Shown here: positions 41,800-42,801 of the stretch, piece by piece
Position numbering within the stretch: the stretch's first letter is position 1
Layout: the number at the start of each line of letters is the position of its first letter
From: Candidatus Binatia bacterium
Lineage (GTDB): Bacteria > Desulfobacterota > Binatia > UBA9968
Direction of reading: 5' to 3'
Assembly: GCA_036558765.1 (NCBI GenBank)
Contig: DATBEY010000363.1
Location: 1-42,801, forward strand
DNA: 42,801 bases
Notes under the pieces: generated by a model
The model's database searches: none
What the model saw: only the letters and a program-made list of their open reading frames with translations
Told to the model about the DNA's origin: nothing
Made by a program: the position numbers and the translations under genes

Positions 41800-42759
41800 T
41801 TAGGCCGCTGGCCGTGAGCGCATCGCTTCCACTAGGGGACGGTATTTTTTATTGAGTTCCATCCAGTGCGCGGCGCGGGCCTTCGCCTCCGCGAGCTTGG
41901 CTTCGGGGAAAGTAACAAAAGGCACGCGAGTGGGACCCACTTTGCAATAATCCGCGAACTCTTGCGGTCGCTTGTTGCCGGAGCCGGGAACCGGCTTACC
42001 GGCGCCTACACCGCCAAGATCCTCGATCACTTCCATGGCTTTTTGGTTGTCACCTTTGCGCACCTGCTCCAGTAGGTAAACAATCGGCCACGGGCCCATC
42101 CAAACTTCAGTTGACCAGCAGCCCGCCGCGCCCATCGCATAGTACGGATACAGTTGAGTCTGATTGACAAACACGCTGATTTTACCAGCCACGATCCTTT
42201 GCAGGTTCATGAATGCCTGGGTGGTGCGATGACTATCTTTCATGCCGATGATGTTGGACTTTTTGACCAACTCCTTAAACGCGGCCACCGGAATCGTAAA
42301 CTTGTGATTATCGGGGTTATGGTAGACGACGATATTCAATGTCGGGAACAGGTCCGCAATGTCATGGTAGAATTTAATGGCGTCCTGCACGTGCAGCGGC
42401 TCGTAGTAAGGGACGCCGAGAAGAACGCCGTCGGCTCCGAGATCTTTGACGAAGTTCATCTTCTGGACAACTTCACGCGGGTTAGGACTGGTGACACCGA
42501 TAAAGAGCGGCACTCGTTTTTTTACGGTTTCGACCGTCGCGACCGCTAGGGTTTTGAACTCATCGAAGAGCAGACTGTAGCACTCACCGTAGGTGCCGGT
42601 GGTCGCAATATTGTTGACGCCGTCTTTGATTATTTTATCGACGCCCTCCTTCAGATTATCCACAGCGATCGTCTGCGTTGCCCTAATGTCAATGGCGTCG
42701 GGCGTAGCGAAAGCTGGCATCATTCCTAGAATCCCTTTCAACTCATTTGCACCGATCAT
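41800..42759 (-). CDS. Dihydrodipicolinate synthase/N-acetylneuraminate lyase family class I aldolase
   Basis: 319 aa. TTGTYGEC (GTTGE-like) motif and Schiff-base Lys region IIGMKDS. Strong SD (AGGGAGGAAAAG) upstream. Substrate not assignable. Confidence 0.8.
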   Translation of the reverse strand: MIGANELKGILGMMPAFATPDAIDIRATQTIAVDNLKEGVDKIIKDGVNNIATTGTYGECYSLLFDEFKTLAVATVETVKKRVPLFIGVTSPNPREVVQKMNFVKDLGADGVLLGVPYYEPLHVQDAIKFYHDIADLFPTLNIVVYHNPDNHKFTIPVAAFKELVKKSNIIGMKDSHRTTQAFMNLQRIVAGKISVFVNQTQLYPYYAMGAAGCWSTEVWMGPWPIVYLLEQVRKGDNQKAMEVIEDLGGVGAGKPVPGSGNKRPQEFADYCKVGPTRVPFVTFPEAKLAEAKARAAHWMELNKKYRPLVEAMRSRPAA

Positions 42760-42801
42760 CTTTTCCTCCCTTTTTCAAAGCGTTCACCCGTCGTTTGAGT
42801 G

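Noticed and set aside
1-42801. CRISPR arrays, IS elements or integrases, prophage blocks, rRNA operons, known defence systems
   Set aside because: I scanned the ORF translations and intergenic DNA by eye. I saw no regularly spaced direct repeats, no transposase, integrase or recombinase signatures, and no recognisable defence-system gene sets other than the lone HEPN-like ORF.

Overview
GC-rich chromosomal window from a diderm (Gram-negative-type) bacterium, lineage not determinable by eye. I saw no rRNA, CRISPR array, transposase or integrase. All calls come from reading the ORF translations and the DNA by eye; no searches were run. Left to right:
- orphan receiver-domain protein and a CPA2-type cation/proton antiporter
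- a small conserved ORF and tRNA-Pro(CGG)
- minus-strand housekeeping operon priA-def-fmt-rsmB-rpe with its own terminator
- plus-strand type IV pilus operon (small XRE HTH gene, then pilM-N-O-P-Q) running straight into a shikimate block aroC-aroK-aroB-aroQ
- a secreted coiled-coil protein and a secreted VWA protein
- a minus-strand envelope locus: tatA, two proteins built from about 24-residue tandem repeats, tonB-like, exbB, exbD
- an ArnT-like GT-C glycosyltransferase, uppP and a DedA/TVP38 protein
- a stand-alone ABC permease
- a six-gene same-strand cluster: B12-domain radical SAM, SDR, FAD-linked oxidase, heme-oxygenase-like diiron protein, O-methyltransferase, amidohydrolase-2
- a decayed amidohydrolase remnant, hsp20, and a zinc-ribbon orphan
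- an amino-acid ABC transporter with a fused binding-protein/permease
- a degenerate GGDEF membrane protein, a solo HEPN protein and a DapA-family aldolase

The two best candidates for undescribed biology are the radical-SAM-led tailoring cluster (28931-36011) and the repeat-protein/TonB-ExbBD locus (19365-24222).
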